Source: a virus
Lineage: Duplodnaviria > Caudoviricetes
Reading direction: 5' to 3' (one strand)
IMG/VR virus record: IMGVR_UViG_3300010052_000216
Coordinates: 9,352 to 73,351 of that record
Length of the DNA stretch: 64,000 bases
Shown piece after piece: positions 19,127 to 28,707 of this stretch. The position numbers and the translations under genes were made by a program. The notes under the pieces were generated by a model. It saw only the letters and a program-made list of their open reading frames with translations, searched no databases and was not told the DNA's origin. Within the stretch, counting starts at the first letter, position 1; every line of letters begins with the position of its first letter.

Positions 19127-20242
19127 GTGTCAATTTCGCTGGATCACACCCAAGCCAAAGACGTGTTGTTTGAGCAGGCGGATGCCGCGCGTCGAGGCGA
19201 ATTAACTGAATTAGCAGCTGACTGGAAAGATCGCGTTATGCGTCTTGGTGAGTTATGTCCTCACGGCAAAAGCTCAACCGTCATCGCCGCATTAGGAACA
19301 GCTCTCCTAGCCAAATCGACGAATAGCTCTGTAGATGTCTATTCGTTGCTGGATCGGGGCGAATCGCCAAATTCGTATTCTGCGCGCTCCTTGGCCGATA
19401 ACGTTTGGGCACGGCATCGCGCGGAGTTAGAAATCGATCTGGGGGCGAATGGTGCTAATCCACTCAATAACACTCCTTTCATTGGTAAAACTCGGATCGA
19501 TGAAATCTCAGGCGTGAAAAATCGAGATGGATGGGCATTTTTTATCGAATGCGTTGCGGCCGCCCAAAGACTGGAAACGACTGATGACGCCCGGCAAGCA
19601 CTAAGTGGCTTTATCGTGGCACGCAGTCGCAGCTTGTTGCCTCCACTCGAAATACATCCAGCTCACGGCGATAACCTTAAAGAACGGGTTCTGATTTCTT
19701 TGATTGAAAAGTTCGTTGCTGAAGACTCAGAAGGCGGGCGTCGTGCGCAAGCTGCAGTAGCCGCATTACTTGACGCAAGCTTCAGCCCTCCGCAAGTCGC
19801 TGTAGGTGTGATCAACGACCCTGACCGACATGCGCCGCTCGACGTCTCTGTAACTGACGAATTGAATCGATACTTGATTGCGTTCGAAGTAAAAGACAAA
19901 CCAATAGAGGGGCATCATGTCCGTCAAAGCATTGAAAAAACCGTAAAAAATCATGCGGTTCGGAATTTTGGTTTCGCCGCAATCAGTCAACGGCAAACGG
20001 TTGTTGACTTCGACGACGTTACCCACTGGGCTGCACGCCATGGTGTAAAGGTCACCGTTTTTACCGATTGGCGGAGTTTGTATTTGGCTTGCAAGTGTTT
20101 TGCCTCTACCGATGATCAAATTTTTGAAGGAAAAGTCTTTCGGAACTGGCTAGTCCGCAACTCTGAATTGGGAGTCTCGCGCGATTCAGTGATACGTTTG
20201 CAACAATCAGTTGCAACTGAAAAAGCCGCGTCGGATGGTTGA
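19127..20242 (+). CDS. Type II restriction endonuclease, SacI-family-like
   Basis: LLAKS, YSARSL, PLNNTPF and D-x..EVKDK motifs; adjacent to an MTase; GTG start. Confidence 0.7.
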   Translation: MSISLDHTQAKDVLFEQADAARRGELTELAADWKDRVMRLGELCPHGKSSTVIAALGTALLAKSTNSSVDVYSLLDRGESPNSYSARSLADNVWARHRAELEIDLGANGANPLNNTPFIGKTRIDEISGVKNRDGWAFFIECVAAAQRLETTDDARQALSGFIVARSRSLLPPLEIHPAHGDNLKERVLISLIEKFVAEDSEGGRRAQAAVAALLDASFSPPQVAVGVINDPDRHAPLDVSVTDELNRYLIAFEVKDKPIEGHHVRQSIEKTVKNHAVRNFGFAAISQRQTVVDFDDVTHWAARHGVKVTVFTDWRSLYLACKCFASTDDQIFEGKVFRNWLVRNSELGVSRDSVIRLQQSVATEKAASDG

Positions 20243-20319
20243 CAAATCTTCTGGAATAGGCCCTTTGGTAGATAGTGTCGGAAAGTCAGGTACATTGGAT
20301 CAATTACGAATTGGAGTCG

Positions 20320-21285
20320 ATGCGAATTATGGCGAAGCAACAGAAGTTACCTTTCAATCCCCGGCCGAAACGCAAAAAAGTTGAGTACGGTGATGTTCTC
20401 TACCAAACAGACATGGGCACCGCTATCGTCGGCGATTCGTTGGAAACTTTGAAGAAGATCCCTGCCTCGAGTGTCAACCTGGTCGTCACGTCACCTCCAT
20501 ACGCCTTGCATTTCAAAAAGGCATACGGCAATGCAGAAAAGCACGAATACGTCGATTGGTTTTTACCCTTTGCCAAAGAAATTCATCGTGTGCTTACCGA
20601 TGACGGAAGTTTCGTGCTGAACATCGGCGGGAGTTACAACAAAGGTACGCCAACACGATCGATCTATCATTTCAAACTCCTAGTAGCATTGGTCGATCAA
20701 ATTGGATTTCATCTAGCGCAAGAACTGTTCTGGTATAACCCAGCCAAAATGCCAGCGCCCGCGGAGTGGGTTACTGTTCGTCGAATGCGGGTCAAAGACT
20801 CGGTCGAATACGTTTGGTGGTTTAGTAAAACGGCATGGCCGAAGGCCTCGAATTCCAATGTGTTAAAGGCCTATAGCAAGGACATGCTGCGGCTCAACGC
20901 CAGGAAAGTCCGAGAAACAGTTCGTCCCTCGGGACATGTAATACGCTCGGGCTTCGACAAAATCCACGCTGGTGGTTCGATACCACCGAACGTGATCGAA
21001 GAGGATGCCGCCGAAGACATGCTACGTTTCGGAAATAACGCCGCCAACGACCAATACACGCTCCGGTGCAAAGAGGCTGGAATTAAAATCCATCCGGCCC
21101 GATTCCCTGCGGCCCTTCCCGATTTTTGTATTCGCCTCCTTACAGATTCAGACGATTTAGTTGTTGATCCATTCGCAGGTTCAAACACGACTGGCGCTGT
21201 CGCAGAAAAGTTGGGAAGGAAATGGATAGCCATCGAAAACAGTAAGGAATATCTCGAAGCCAGCAAGTTTCGTTTTGATTTGTGA
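20320..21285 (+). CDS. Site-specific DNA methyltransferase (SPPY, N4-cytosine type)
   Basis: [21 protein letters not shown]; start at 20320 or 20329. Confidence 0.9.
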   Translation: MRIMAKQQKLPFNPRPKRKKVEYGDVLYQTDMGTAIVGDSLETLKKIPASSVNLVVTSPPYALHFKKAYGNAEKHEYVDWFLPFAKEIHRVLTDDGSFVLNIGGSYNKGTPTRSIYHFKLLVALVDQIGFHLAQELFWYNPAKMPAPAEWVTVRRMRVKDSVEYVWWFSKTAWPKASNSNVLKAYSKDMLRLNARKVRETVRPSGHVIRSGFDKIHAGGSIPPNVIEEDAAEDMLRFGNNAANDQYTLRCKEAGIKIHPARFPAALPDFCIRLLTDSDDLVVDPFAGSNTTGAVAEKLGRKWIAIENSKEYLEASKFRFDL

Positions 21286-21587
21286 AAATCGCCTTCCATA
21301 ACGTCACCTACGACTTGTTCAAAAAATTCGGACAAACAAAACAAACTGTGCCTAGTACAGTGACGGTTCCCGCACGCGTCTTAGGCACTATTTCGCCCGG
21401 GAGTACCTAATCATCGTTGGCAACTTGTCTTTGCCTCTGCCACACTGGCAGACCCGCCGTGGGCCACACGTTGGCCACGTGTCGCAAACCGCGCGGCACT
21501 GGCATCGGTAGGCCAATCTCGTTGCGAGCGCGAACGTTGGTTCGACGTTGCGAACACAGGCGCTCGACGGTCGTTGGCAAGATTCCC

Positions 21588-21829
21588 AAGTTTCACCCCC
21601 TCCCTCACGTGCGCTCGCGTACACGCGCGCGGGTGGGGGTACGGGTGAATAGGTGAAACATGAGAGAGAGAGTTGTTTTTTATTTGTATTTATGGACTTT
21701 TTGCATTTTTCAAGTTTCACCCTAAGGGGGTGAATCTTGGGTGAATGATGGGGAAACATGACGGTCATCTTGGGCGTCTGGAAGGTTTGGGTAAGGTTCA
21801 AGTTTCACCCTCCGATTGAAGTTTCACCC
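21588..21829. repeat. Iteron-like AAGTTTCACCC repeats with AT-rich tract (putative origin)
   Basis: Direct copies at 21588, 21712, 21800 and 21819; inverted GGGTGAA/GGTGAAAC at 21643, 21652, 21728 and 21739; T-rich tract about 21673-21711; abuts the primase 3' end. Confidence 0.6.
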
Positions 21830-24084
21830 CGCGCTAAGCGATAGCCGCGCGAGGACCAACCGGCTCTTGGTGAGGTGGCAATCTCGATCTCGCCTTGTTG
21901 GCACAGCGTCTCGATCAACGACATGAATGTTTTGCTGTCCGTCTTCATCCGCTTGAGCAACACGCTATGCGGTAACTGGCGCTCGGGCGCTTCCTGCAGT
22001 TTGCGCAGGAGCTTGAGGCACTCGCCGTGGAACGGGTTCTCCGCAACATGGTTGTGGGCCATGAACAGCATCCGCCGCGTTTGATGGAGGATGAATTCGG
22101 TGGCCCAACGTACAGCGGTCGCATCGATCACGGGCGCGCGGTGATTACCGCTCACGGCGTAGAGCAGCGCCAGCTTGCGAATCTGCTCGGGCACGCGTCC
22201 CCACACCGTCGTGCCAACCGGATCTCCGCGGGCCTCGGCAGCCGAGTATTCGTCCTCGGAGACCACGCGCGCTTCGGTTAACAGCCGTCGCGCGGCGGTA
22301 TCGGCCTCGACGATCTTAGGGACCGGATGAAACCGTTCCAGATTCCCGGTCCCCGGAGTGAAGTCGGACCACCATTGCGCCGTTTCCAGAATCCTTGCTG
22401 ACGGATCGATGAGTCCTGGCTCCTGGCCCAGGCTTCGCTTGCCGCTTTCGACAATGAGCATGCGGGCAAAAAAGCCATTGGTCAGCATCCGCTCCGATAG
22501 CGCGGCGTAGTAGTGGGTAGGGATTGCCGTGCCATAAACCACGAGGCACGGTTGGTCGATCACCCCGGCAGCCTCCTTGCCCGCCTTGCGCCGCATCGGA
22601 AAGATGCTATTTGCCGCAGAATACATCGTCAGCAGCGTCCCAAGGATATTCTCGTGCCGGGCATCCTGGGATTTGTTGATCGATTGCAACAAGCCGTCGA
22701 TTTCGTCGGTTTGAAAGAGCATCGACGGCGTGCGGAGTAGCGAATCTTGGATGCCTTCACCGGACGCGAACTTTTCCCCGAGTGCTTCGACCATGCCGAC
22801 GCGGTGGAGAATGGTCGTATTGAGCTTGCGTGGCCAATCCTTGCCGACCGAGGAATAGGCGAGCGCTAACACATAGAGGTTAGTGCGGTTGTCGGCGGGA
22901 TCGCGCACCTTTCGACCAGCGAGAATTGCCTGGAGCGCCAACGCGCCACAAAACGCGAGGGGAACGTTGGGATAGGGTGCGGTCGCTAGGCAATGGTCCA
23001 TCACCTCGGACACGAAGCCGGGAACACGGAACAATACATCCGGCCAAACACCTGGATCGATATAAACTGGTGGAGGCGTGGAAGGTGCTGCGGGAGTGGC
23101 GACGCCGACGATCCGCGATAGATCAACATCGCTGCCGATAGATTCACCATAGCCCTGCGCGCGTAGGGCAACAGCTGCGGCGGCGAAGTCGCCGGCATGT
23201 TCGAGTAACGCGTAAACCGAGAACGGCGCGTAAGCCCGCTCGGGCTCGAACGGCGCGGCATTCGATGAGAAGACATAGAACACGTTGTCTTGGAGCGTCG
23301 CGCTCCAGCCGTCTTGCTTGCCAGGTCGTCGCCAACATTCGTTCTTGCCGCGCCGCACTAACTGCCAACCGTGCCGACGTAAGACTTCGCGAACATCGCC
23401 GCGCTCGTTGAACTCGTCACCAGGTCGACCACTGCCCGTCGATTGCGGATGCGATGCGACCGGCGGCAAGACCTCGTTGAGCGACAACGCAGCCTGGATC
23501 AAGATCTGCCGCTCGGCTTTGGTCAGCACGGCCACCGATTCAAACGTACCTTGCTCTAAGATGTAGCCTACGGTCGGCGCGCACAAAAACAACCCACCTT
23601 CGCCGCGGGTTTCAATGAGCGTCAGCGTGACTTCGAATTGCTCGCCAACCTTTCGTGGCACATGCCGTTTACCGGCGTAATCGAGCGGTTTCGAATCCGC
23701 CGCAGTGAGAGTTCGTTGTGCCAGCTTGCGATTCCCCGGAATCGCTGTCTCGCAGCGATAGACCACGTGCCGCCCGCCCGATTGCGAACGTTCGATGGTC
23801 AACTTCTCTACCAAGCCCGGGCACTGGGAGTCGACGAGCTCATACCAGGCCTGAAAGAGCTCAGCCTCGTGATCGAAATCCAATAACTCCAAATTCCCTG
23901 ACACCGCGCCCGTCAGAATGCAGAGAGCCGGGGCGTCGGCAAACCACGTGCGCACCTGCCGATCCGTGGGCAGGCGACGTTGGTATTGCTTCCAGCCCGC
24001 GAGCGCGGGCCTTTTCTCCACCAAGAGGGCGGGAAGGACGCAGAGACCGGAACGAAGATAGGCGGACGCGGTGTCGAGCATCAA
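21805..24084 (-). CDS. Bifunctional primase-polymerase with DUF3987 (helicase-like) C-terminus
   Basis: GLCVLP...KRPALAGWKQYQ, LTGAVSGNLELLDFD; C-terminal SSVGKD and FQTDEIDG. Confidence 0.85.
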   Translation of the reverse strand: MMLDTASAYLRSGLCVLPALLVEKRPALAGWKQYQRRLPTDRQVRTWFADAPALCILTGAVSGNLELLDFDHEAELFQAWYELVDSQCPGLVEKLTIERSQSGGRHVVYRCETAIPGNRKLAQRTLTAADSKPLDYAGKRHVPRKVGEQFEVTLTLIETRGEGGLFLCAPTVGYILEQGTFESVAVLTKAERQILIQAALSLNEVLPPVASHPQSTGSGRPGDEFNERGDVREVLRRHGWQLVRRGKNECWRRPGKQDGWSATLQDNVFYVFSSNAAPFEPERAYAPFSVYALLEHAGDFAAAAVALRAQGYGESIGSDVDLSRIVGVATPAAPSTPPPVYIDPGVWPDVLFRVPGFVSEVMDHCLATAPYPNVPLAFCGALALQAILAGRKVRDPADNRTNLYVLALAYSSVGKDWPRKLNTTILHRVGMVEALGEKFASGEGIQDSLLRTPSMLFQTDEIDGLLQSINKSQDARHENILGTLLTMYSAANSIFPMRRKAGKEAAGVIDQPCLVVYGTAIPTHYYAALSERMLTNGFFARMLIVESGKRSLGQEPGLIDPSARILETAQWWSDFTPGTGNLERFHPVPKIVEADTAARRLLTEARVVSEDEYSAAEARGDPVGTTVWGRVPEQIRKLALLYAVSGNHRAPVIDATAVRWATEFILHQTRRMLFMAHNHVAENPFHGECLKLLRKLQEAPERQLPHSVLLKRMKTDSKTFMSLIETLCQQGEIEIATSPRAGWSSRGYRLARGETSIGG

Positions 24085-25736
24085 AACGGAATCTCATTAG
24101 GATCGTATTCACGCGGAACGATGGGTAACGCTTCAGGGAGTGGCCCTAACTCGTAATCGATGATTCGTTCGTAGGGATCACCTGCCACAGCGCGCGTCGT
24201 GATCCCGCGTGTCTCTGCCAAACCACCGCCGTCGGCGATAGCCAGGGCCTCGTCGACTGTGCCTGGAACTGGGTCGGGCGAGCGGCGTCGCCACCAGGTT
24301 TCGGCTTTGCGTCGCGCAAATCCCTCGTGTTCGAAGCAGATCCATTCGCTTTTGGTTTTATGCCAGCCGACGCTGTAATCGACACGAAGTGTGCGTGGAG
24401 CGTCTTCCGCCGCACCGCGCTTCACATGAATGCTGTAGTGGACGTCTTGGACAACGTGCTTGGTCGTCGTGACCTCACCTGAGAGCACACCGGCCTCGCT
24501 GGCCTTGGCCTCGTGCTTTTGCCGCTCCGGTGGTGGGAACTCAAACCCGCACTGCGGGCAACGGCCAAAACCGGCGGCGATGACCGCTTGGCATTCGGGG
24601 CATTCTTTGGCCGGCGCTTTGCCGTTGCCGCGTTCCTGTGTGGTGACCTGGATCTCGTCGACCGGACCGTGGCGCAGGACGTTGCCGCCGAAGTCGAGGA
24701 CCAAGCAATTCTCTTTGCTGGGATGCAAGCGAAACCCGCGGCCGACCATTTGGTAATACAAGCCGGGCGACATCGTCGGCCGCACGAGCGCCACGCAATC
24801 GATGTGCGGCGCATCGAACCCAGTCGTCAGCACATTCACGTTGCAGAGGATCTTGAGCTCGCCCGCCTTGAAGCGTGCCAGCGTGGCGTTCCGTTCGGTT
24901 GTCGGTGTCTCGCCGCAAACAAAACCACATTCCAACCCGTGTTCGCTACGCAACGTCTCGACGATGTGTTGGCCATGCTTCACCCCCGAGGAGAAGATCA
25001 GACAAGCATTGCGGGATGCGGCATACTCGACGATCTCCGTGCAGGCCGCACGAACGAGCGCATCCTGATCCATCAGGCTCTCGACCTCGTCGGCCATGAA
25101 CTCGCCGCCCCGCACGTGCAGCGACGTCATGTCGGCCTTGGTCTTACCTGCTTTGCTAATAAGCGGGCACAGATAGCCGTCGCGAATCAGTTCACGAACG
25201 CCGACCTCGTAGCAAATGTGATTGAGCAACCCATCTGGCGTGCAAATCGGTCCGGTCTTCAACCGGAATGGTGTGGCCGTGAATCCAATGACTCTTAGGT
25301 TCGGATTGACGACGCGGGCCTCGGCCAGGAACTGCCGATACATGCCGTCCCCCTCGAGGGGAATTAAATGGGCTTCATCCACGAGAATGAGGTCAAACGG
25401 CTCCAGATCGCAGGCCTTCTTGTAAATCGACTGAATGCCGGCCACCGTTACCGGATACCCAATGTCGCGTCGTTTGAGGCCTGCCGAGTAGATGCCAAAG
25501 CTCACCTCGGGACAGACCACGCGCAACTTGTCGGCGGTCTGCTCGAGTAGTTCCTTTACGTGCGCCAGGATCAACACGCGGCCATTCCACTGCGTCACCG
25601 CATCACGGCAGATCGTTGCCATGATCGGCGTCTTGCCGCCGGCCGTTGGGACCACCGCGCACGGGTGATCTTCCCGACGACGCAGATGGTCGTACACGGC
25701 ATCGACGCATGCTCGTTGATAAGGACGCAGATCCAT
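24081..25736 (-). CDS. Superfamily II (DEAD/DEAH-like) helicase with zinc ribbon
   Basis: PTAGGKT, VDEAH, TATP, LTTGFD, QMVGRG, CPEC/CPQC. Confidence 0.92.
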   Translation of the reverse strand: MDLRPYQRACVDAVYDHLRRREDHPCAVVPTAGGKTPIMATICRDAVTQWNGRVLILAHVKELLEQTADKLRVVCPEVSFGIYSAGLKRRDIGYPVTVAGIQSIYKKACDLEPFDLILVDEAHLIPLEGDGMYRQFLAEARVVNPNLRVIGFTATPFRLKTGPICTPDGLLNHICYEVGVRELIRDGYLCPLISKAGKTKADMTSLHVRGGEFMADEVESLMDQDALVRAACTEIVEYAASRNACLIFSSGVKHGQHIVETLRSEHGLECGFVCGETPTTERNATLARFKAGELKILCNVNVLTTGFDAPHIDCVALVRPTMSPGLYYQMVGRGFRLHPSKENCLVLDFGGNVLRHGPVDEIQVTTQERGNGKAPAKECPECQAVIAAGFGRCPQCGFEFPPPERQKHEAKASEAGVLSGEVTTTKHVVQDVHYSIHVKRGAAEDAPRTLRVDYSVGWHKTKSEWICFEHEGFARRKAETWWRRRSPDPVPGTVDEALAIADGGGLAETRGITTRAVAGDPYERIIDYELGPLPEALPIVPREYDPNEIPF

Positions 25737-25738
25737 CG

Positions 25739-25915
25739 TTAAAACAATTCTCCGTTCCAGCGTTTTTCGCCCCGTTGGCGATTCATTTGTGCTTCAGTCA
25801 AGTGGAAGTGGTAGCGATCATTGATCGACCGGCAGCGGCGACACATCCGATTGCCCGGTCCGGTCGAATCGAACGCCTTGCGACACTTCAAACAGATTCG
25901 TCGTTGGGTTTGCAC
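25739..25915 (-). CDS. 58-aa CxxC...CxxC zinc-finger protein
   Basis: GTG start at 25915 within track ORF 25739-26047: RICLKCRKAF...RMCRRCR. Confidence 0.6.
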   Translation of the reverse strand: MQTQRRICLKCRKAFDSTGPGNRMCRRCRSINDRYHFHLTEAQMNRQRGEKRWNGELF

Positions 25916-26124
25916 CGTGCCTCCAATCGTTCGATCTCGCGTTGTAGATACCAGTGGGCCTTCTTGAGATCGGTCAGACGCTGGCCTTTGTGGTCGGAAC
26001 GGGCGACGTATTTCACGACGTTGCCCAGATGAAAACCCAACCGCCACGATTCGATCACGTCGATGACCTCAATTGGACTGAATGTGTAGTGCGGCGGATG
26101 GTCGATGGTCGATTGATTGCTCAT
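25888..26124 (-). CDS. DUF3310-family protein
   Basis: IDHPPHY...F.LGNVVKYV.R...K....DLKKA.WYL. Confidence 0.85.
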   Translation of the reverse strand: MSNQSTIDHPPHYTFSPIEVIDVIESWRLGFHLGNVVKYVARSDHKGQRLTDLKKAHWYLQREIERLEARCKPNDESV

Positions 26125-26464
26125 AGGGTTCGATAAGAAGATGGATTTTGCCGCCAGCCATGACCTGACGACGAATTAACAACAAGCGGTCGATTTGCGA
26201 ATCGTCTTCGTACGCACCACCTTGGGCGAGTGCGTCTAAGAGACTTTTGAGGAGGTTGTCTAGATCCCGTCTTCGTCGATCAGGCGGATGGACATCGATC
26301 TCGATTGCCAAGGAGCCAACGAGTGGCCGCACGCGTCGCCGCGCGAGGATCGCGCCAACCTTAGAGCGGTAAGCACGACCCTCGCGACTGACGAGCACGC
26401 GCGGGCCAACATGACGCCAGTAGTGGTTCACGCTCGGCGGATAGGGCAGATCGAGTTCGACCAT
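26069..26464 (-). CDS. rusA: RusA-family Holliday junction resolvase
   Basis: LPYPPSVNHYW...RRDLDNLLKSLLDAL...DDSQI. Confidence 0.9.
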   Translation of the reverse strand: MVELDLPYPPSVNHYWRHVGPRVLVSREGRAYRSKVGAILARRRVRPLVGSLAIEIDVHPPDRRRRDLDNLLKSLLDALAQGGAYEDDSQIDRLLLIRRQVMAGGKIHLLIEPYEQSIDHRPSAALHIQSN

Positions 26465-26940
26465 CAGCGTTTCCAGGGTGGCGTACTGGCCGGCGTGCCG
26501 TTCATCGCTGCAGCGACTGTCGCTGGCTTTGCGGCGGCTGGCGATTCCTTCTTGGAAAATCCCTTGATCTCGTTGGACAACTCGCCGGTGTCGTTGCGCT
26601 TCTTGCAGCGGACGTGGATGATCAGCGGCAAGTTGTGCAACTCGACCGAGTCATTGGGGGCCAAGACGCCGACGGCTCGGCAAATCGATGAAAGTTCTTG
26701 TTGGGCAATCTTCCGTGCGGTCGCGTTGCTGTTGTCGAGATTCAGTCGTGCCCAGAGCAGCCGATTGACGTACGGGCCTTCGAGCACCTGGAACGTCAGC
26801 TGCAAATAGCTGCCGTTCCCGGATTTCGTGGGCTTCATCTCCGAATCGGTGATGACGGCCACATATTTGCCAGCGGGGATTGGTTCAAAATCATCTGCTG
26901 GTTCGACATTGTTGGCATCAAAGCCACTTAGATCTGCCAT
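26464..26940 (-). CDS. DUF669-family (SSB-like) protein
   Basis: FEPIPAGKY...KSGNGSYLQLTF; follows the AAA gene. Confidence 0.8.
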   Translation of the reverse strand: MADLSGFDANNVEPADDFEPIPAGKYVAVITDSEMKPTKSGNGSYLQLTFQVLEGPYVNRLLWARLNLDNSNATARKIAQQELSSICRAVGVLAPNDSVELHNLPLIIHVRCKKRNDTGELSNEIKGFSKKESPAAAKPATVAAAMNGTPASTPPWKR

Positions 26941-26992
26941 TGGATGTGTTCCTTGAATGAGTTGTTGGATGAATGGATCAGTAAGTTGTTAG

Positions 26993-27754
26993 TTACGACT
27001 TCGCCGACATGGCCTGCATGAAGGCAGGCCAAGACAACGGCAATTCTTCGGTGATGCCGTAGCGATTCTTGGCCGTGCACGAGGGTCCACCGACGCAACG
27101 CAGGATTCGTTCGCCGCCGGCTTTGCCAACGGCTTGCGCGATCGTTCGCTTGCGATTGAAACCCGCGTCCTCGGATTGCGTGCGCATCTTGCGCGTGGCG
27201 AAGAGGACCGCGTCGCACCATTCGCTCACCAAAGAAGCGGCATGCTTGTGCAGCCGCGGTGAATAGCGGTCGTACGGTGAAGACTCGGGATCTTCAAACC
27301 GTTCGACCTTCGAGTGGGCCAAGAGCAACACCACCATGCCGCGTTGATTACGCAGTGCGTTGAGATAGTCGATGATCTCGCGCCAGTAAGTCAGGGCGTG
27401 GGTGTAGCCCTTCGAATAACCACCATCGACTTTTTCAATCGAATTGACATTGGCTTGGGCGCACAACTTGTCCCAAACGAGGCGTTCGAGCCAATCGAGC
27501 GAATCAATCACGACGCTTTCGAAGTCGTGCGGCTGGGAGCGGAGTTCGAGCAGTGCCGCCAGCACTTCGTCATACGAAGTCGCCAGCGGAAACTTGTCGC
27601 AATCGATTTCATCCAGGCCATCCTCGGTCTGAATGAAGATCGGTTTGGGAGCTTGGGAGCCAAAGGTCGATTTGCCGATCCCTTCGACACCGTACAGCAA
27701 GACACGGGGTGGTTTGGAAATTCGGCCACGTTGGATTTGGGTGAGGAGTGTCAT
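26993..27754 (-). CDS. AAA_24 ATP-binding protein (Sak4-like recombination ATPase)
   Basis: LYGVEGIGKST; VVIDSLDWLE; AKNR. Confidence 0.85.
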   Translation of the reverse strand: MTLLTQIQRGRISKPPRVLLYGVEGIGKSTFGSQAPKPIFIQTEDGLDEIDCDKFPLATSYDEVLAALLELRSQPHDFESVVIDSLDWLERLVWDKLCAQANVNSIEKVDGGYSKGYTHALTYWREIIDYLNALRNQRGMVVLLLAHSKVERFEDPESSPYDRYSPRLHKHAASLVSEWCDAVLFATRKMRTQSEDAGFNRKRTIAQAVGKAGGERILRCVGGPSCTAKNRYGITEELPLSWPAFMQAMSAKS

Positions 27755-27788
27755 AGGTTTTTTGGTGAAGAATGTTGTGGTGATGGAA

Positions 27789-27819
27789 TGGAACTACTCC
27801 GTCGGCGGGCAAGGTGTCC
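27789..27819 (-). promoter_or_regulatory. GGACA-N12-ACGGAGTAGTTCCA motif upstream of replication operon
   Basis: 14-bp exact match to 5500-5513; 34 nt upstream of the ATG at 27754. Confidence 0.6.
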
Positions 27820-27826
27820 AAAAAAG

Positions 27827-28435
27827 TCAAAAAAAGTTGTTGAGCCCCGCTTTGAGCATGCGACTGCGCAGGCGCTGCAGTTGTCGATGAACGCCGGGGC
27901 GTGATTTGCCCGTGGCCGAAGCGATGCTTGCCACATTCTCGCTGCGCAAGCGACGAGCCAGCTTCTTGAGATCGGGAGGCAAGGTTTCCAAAAACAATTC
28001 CAAGTCGTGTTTCAAATCAACGAGCTCGCAAGGCGTGCGCGTCACTTGCCCCGTTCGTTTGCCATGGGCGTCAGATGTGACAGTCGCCCCGAATTCAACC
28101 TCACCGTCTTCGTCGGAAACTTTGGCATTGAGCGATTTCCCGCCACGCAGGAATGTGCGGCATTCGGCCCGGCGATGACGGCCGAGCGATTTCGCGTGAC
28201 GATCCACGATGGCCGTGAGGTAGGCATAAAAATGCCCGCGCGACGGTTCGTAATCGGGAATCCGCGTGAGAACGGCGAGCGTAAGTTCTTGTTCAAGATC
28301 ATCTCGCTCATCACGCGAGAAGGCCGCTTGGCGGCTCAAGCGCCGAGCCGTGCTGCGAATGAGATTCACAGCAAATTCATCCAAGACAGGAACGGCAGGG
28401 GAACTAACGGACGGGGCAGCTGCAAGGGAGGTCAT
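27827..28435 (-). CDS. Element-encoded sigma-70/ECF-like factor
   Basis: DDLEQEL.LA......YEPSRGHFYAYL..IV (region 2-like); C-terminal HTH VASIASATGKSRPGVHRQL. Confidence 0.7.
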   Translation of the reverse strand: MTSLAAAPSVSSPAVPVLDEFAVNLIRSTARRLSRQAAFSRDERDDLEQELTLAVLTRIPDYEPSRGHFYAYLTAIVDRHAKSLGRHRRAECRTFLRGGKSLNAKVSDEDGEVEFGATVTSDAHGKRTGQVTRTPCELVDLKHDLELFLETLPPDLKKLARRLRSENVASIASATGKSRPGVHRQLQRLRSRMLKAGLNNFF

Positions 28436-28571
28436 CAGGACACCGGAGAAAGAGGTCCGCGACACACTGTGCGTCGCGTTACCCTCCGGCGGAATTGCAG
28501 CAAACGCGCGCAAAAAAATCGCGACAATTCCTAAGTGGAATCGCCGCGACGGTTTGCGCTGCGAAAAATTG

Positions 28572-28608
28572 AGTTTGCAGTTGCAGCAAAATGTCTCAAC
28601 TGCAAACT
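28572..28608. promoter_or_regulatory. Perfect 12-bp inverted repeat, putative operator
   Basis: AGTTTGCAGTTG-N13-CAACTGCAAACT upstream of the sigma-like gene. Confidence 0.5.
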
Positions 28609-28707
28609 TGGCTAATTTCTACTGATACTTCCCCAGGAACGGTGATTGAGGAATGGCTTTTGATTTCGTAAGGTCAATTATCCCAGCACATTTAGGTGAA
28701 CTAGTTG

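Noticed and set aside
19127-21285. Assigning GAGCTC specificity or site avoidance
   Set aside because: GAGCTC occurs several times in the element, and family membership does not fix the site.
21388-21801. ORFs 21388-21801 and 21411-21608
   Set aside because: They overlap the iteron/AT-rich region, have low-complexity translation and lack an SD.
21588-21829. CRISPR array
   Set aside because: Repeats are only 7-11 bp, irregularly spaced and in both orientations; no cas genes. No CRISPR array was seen anywhere in the window.
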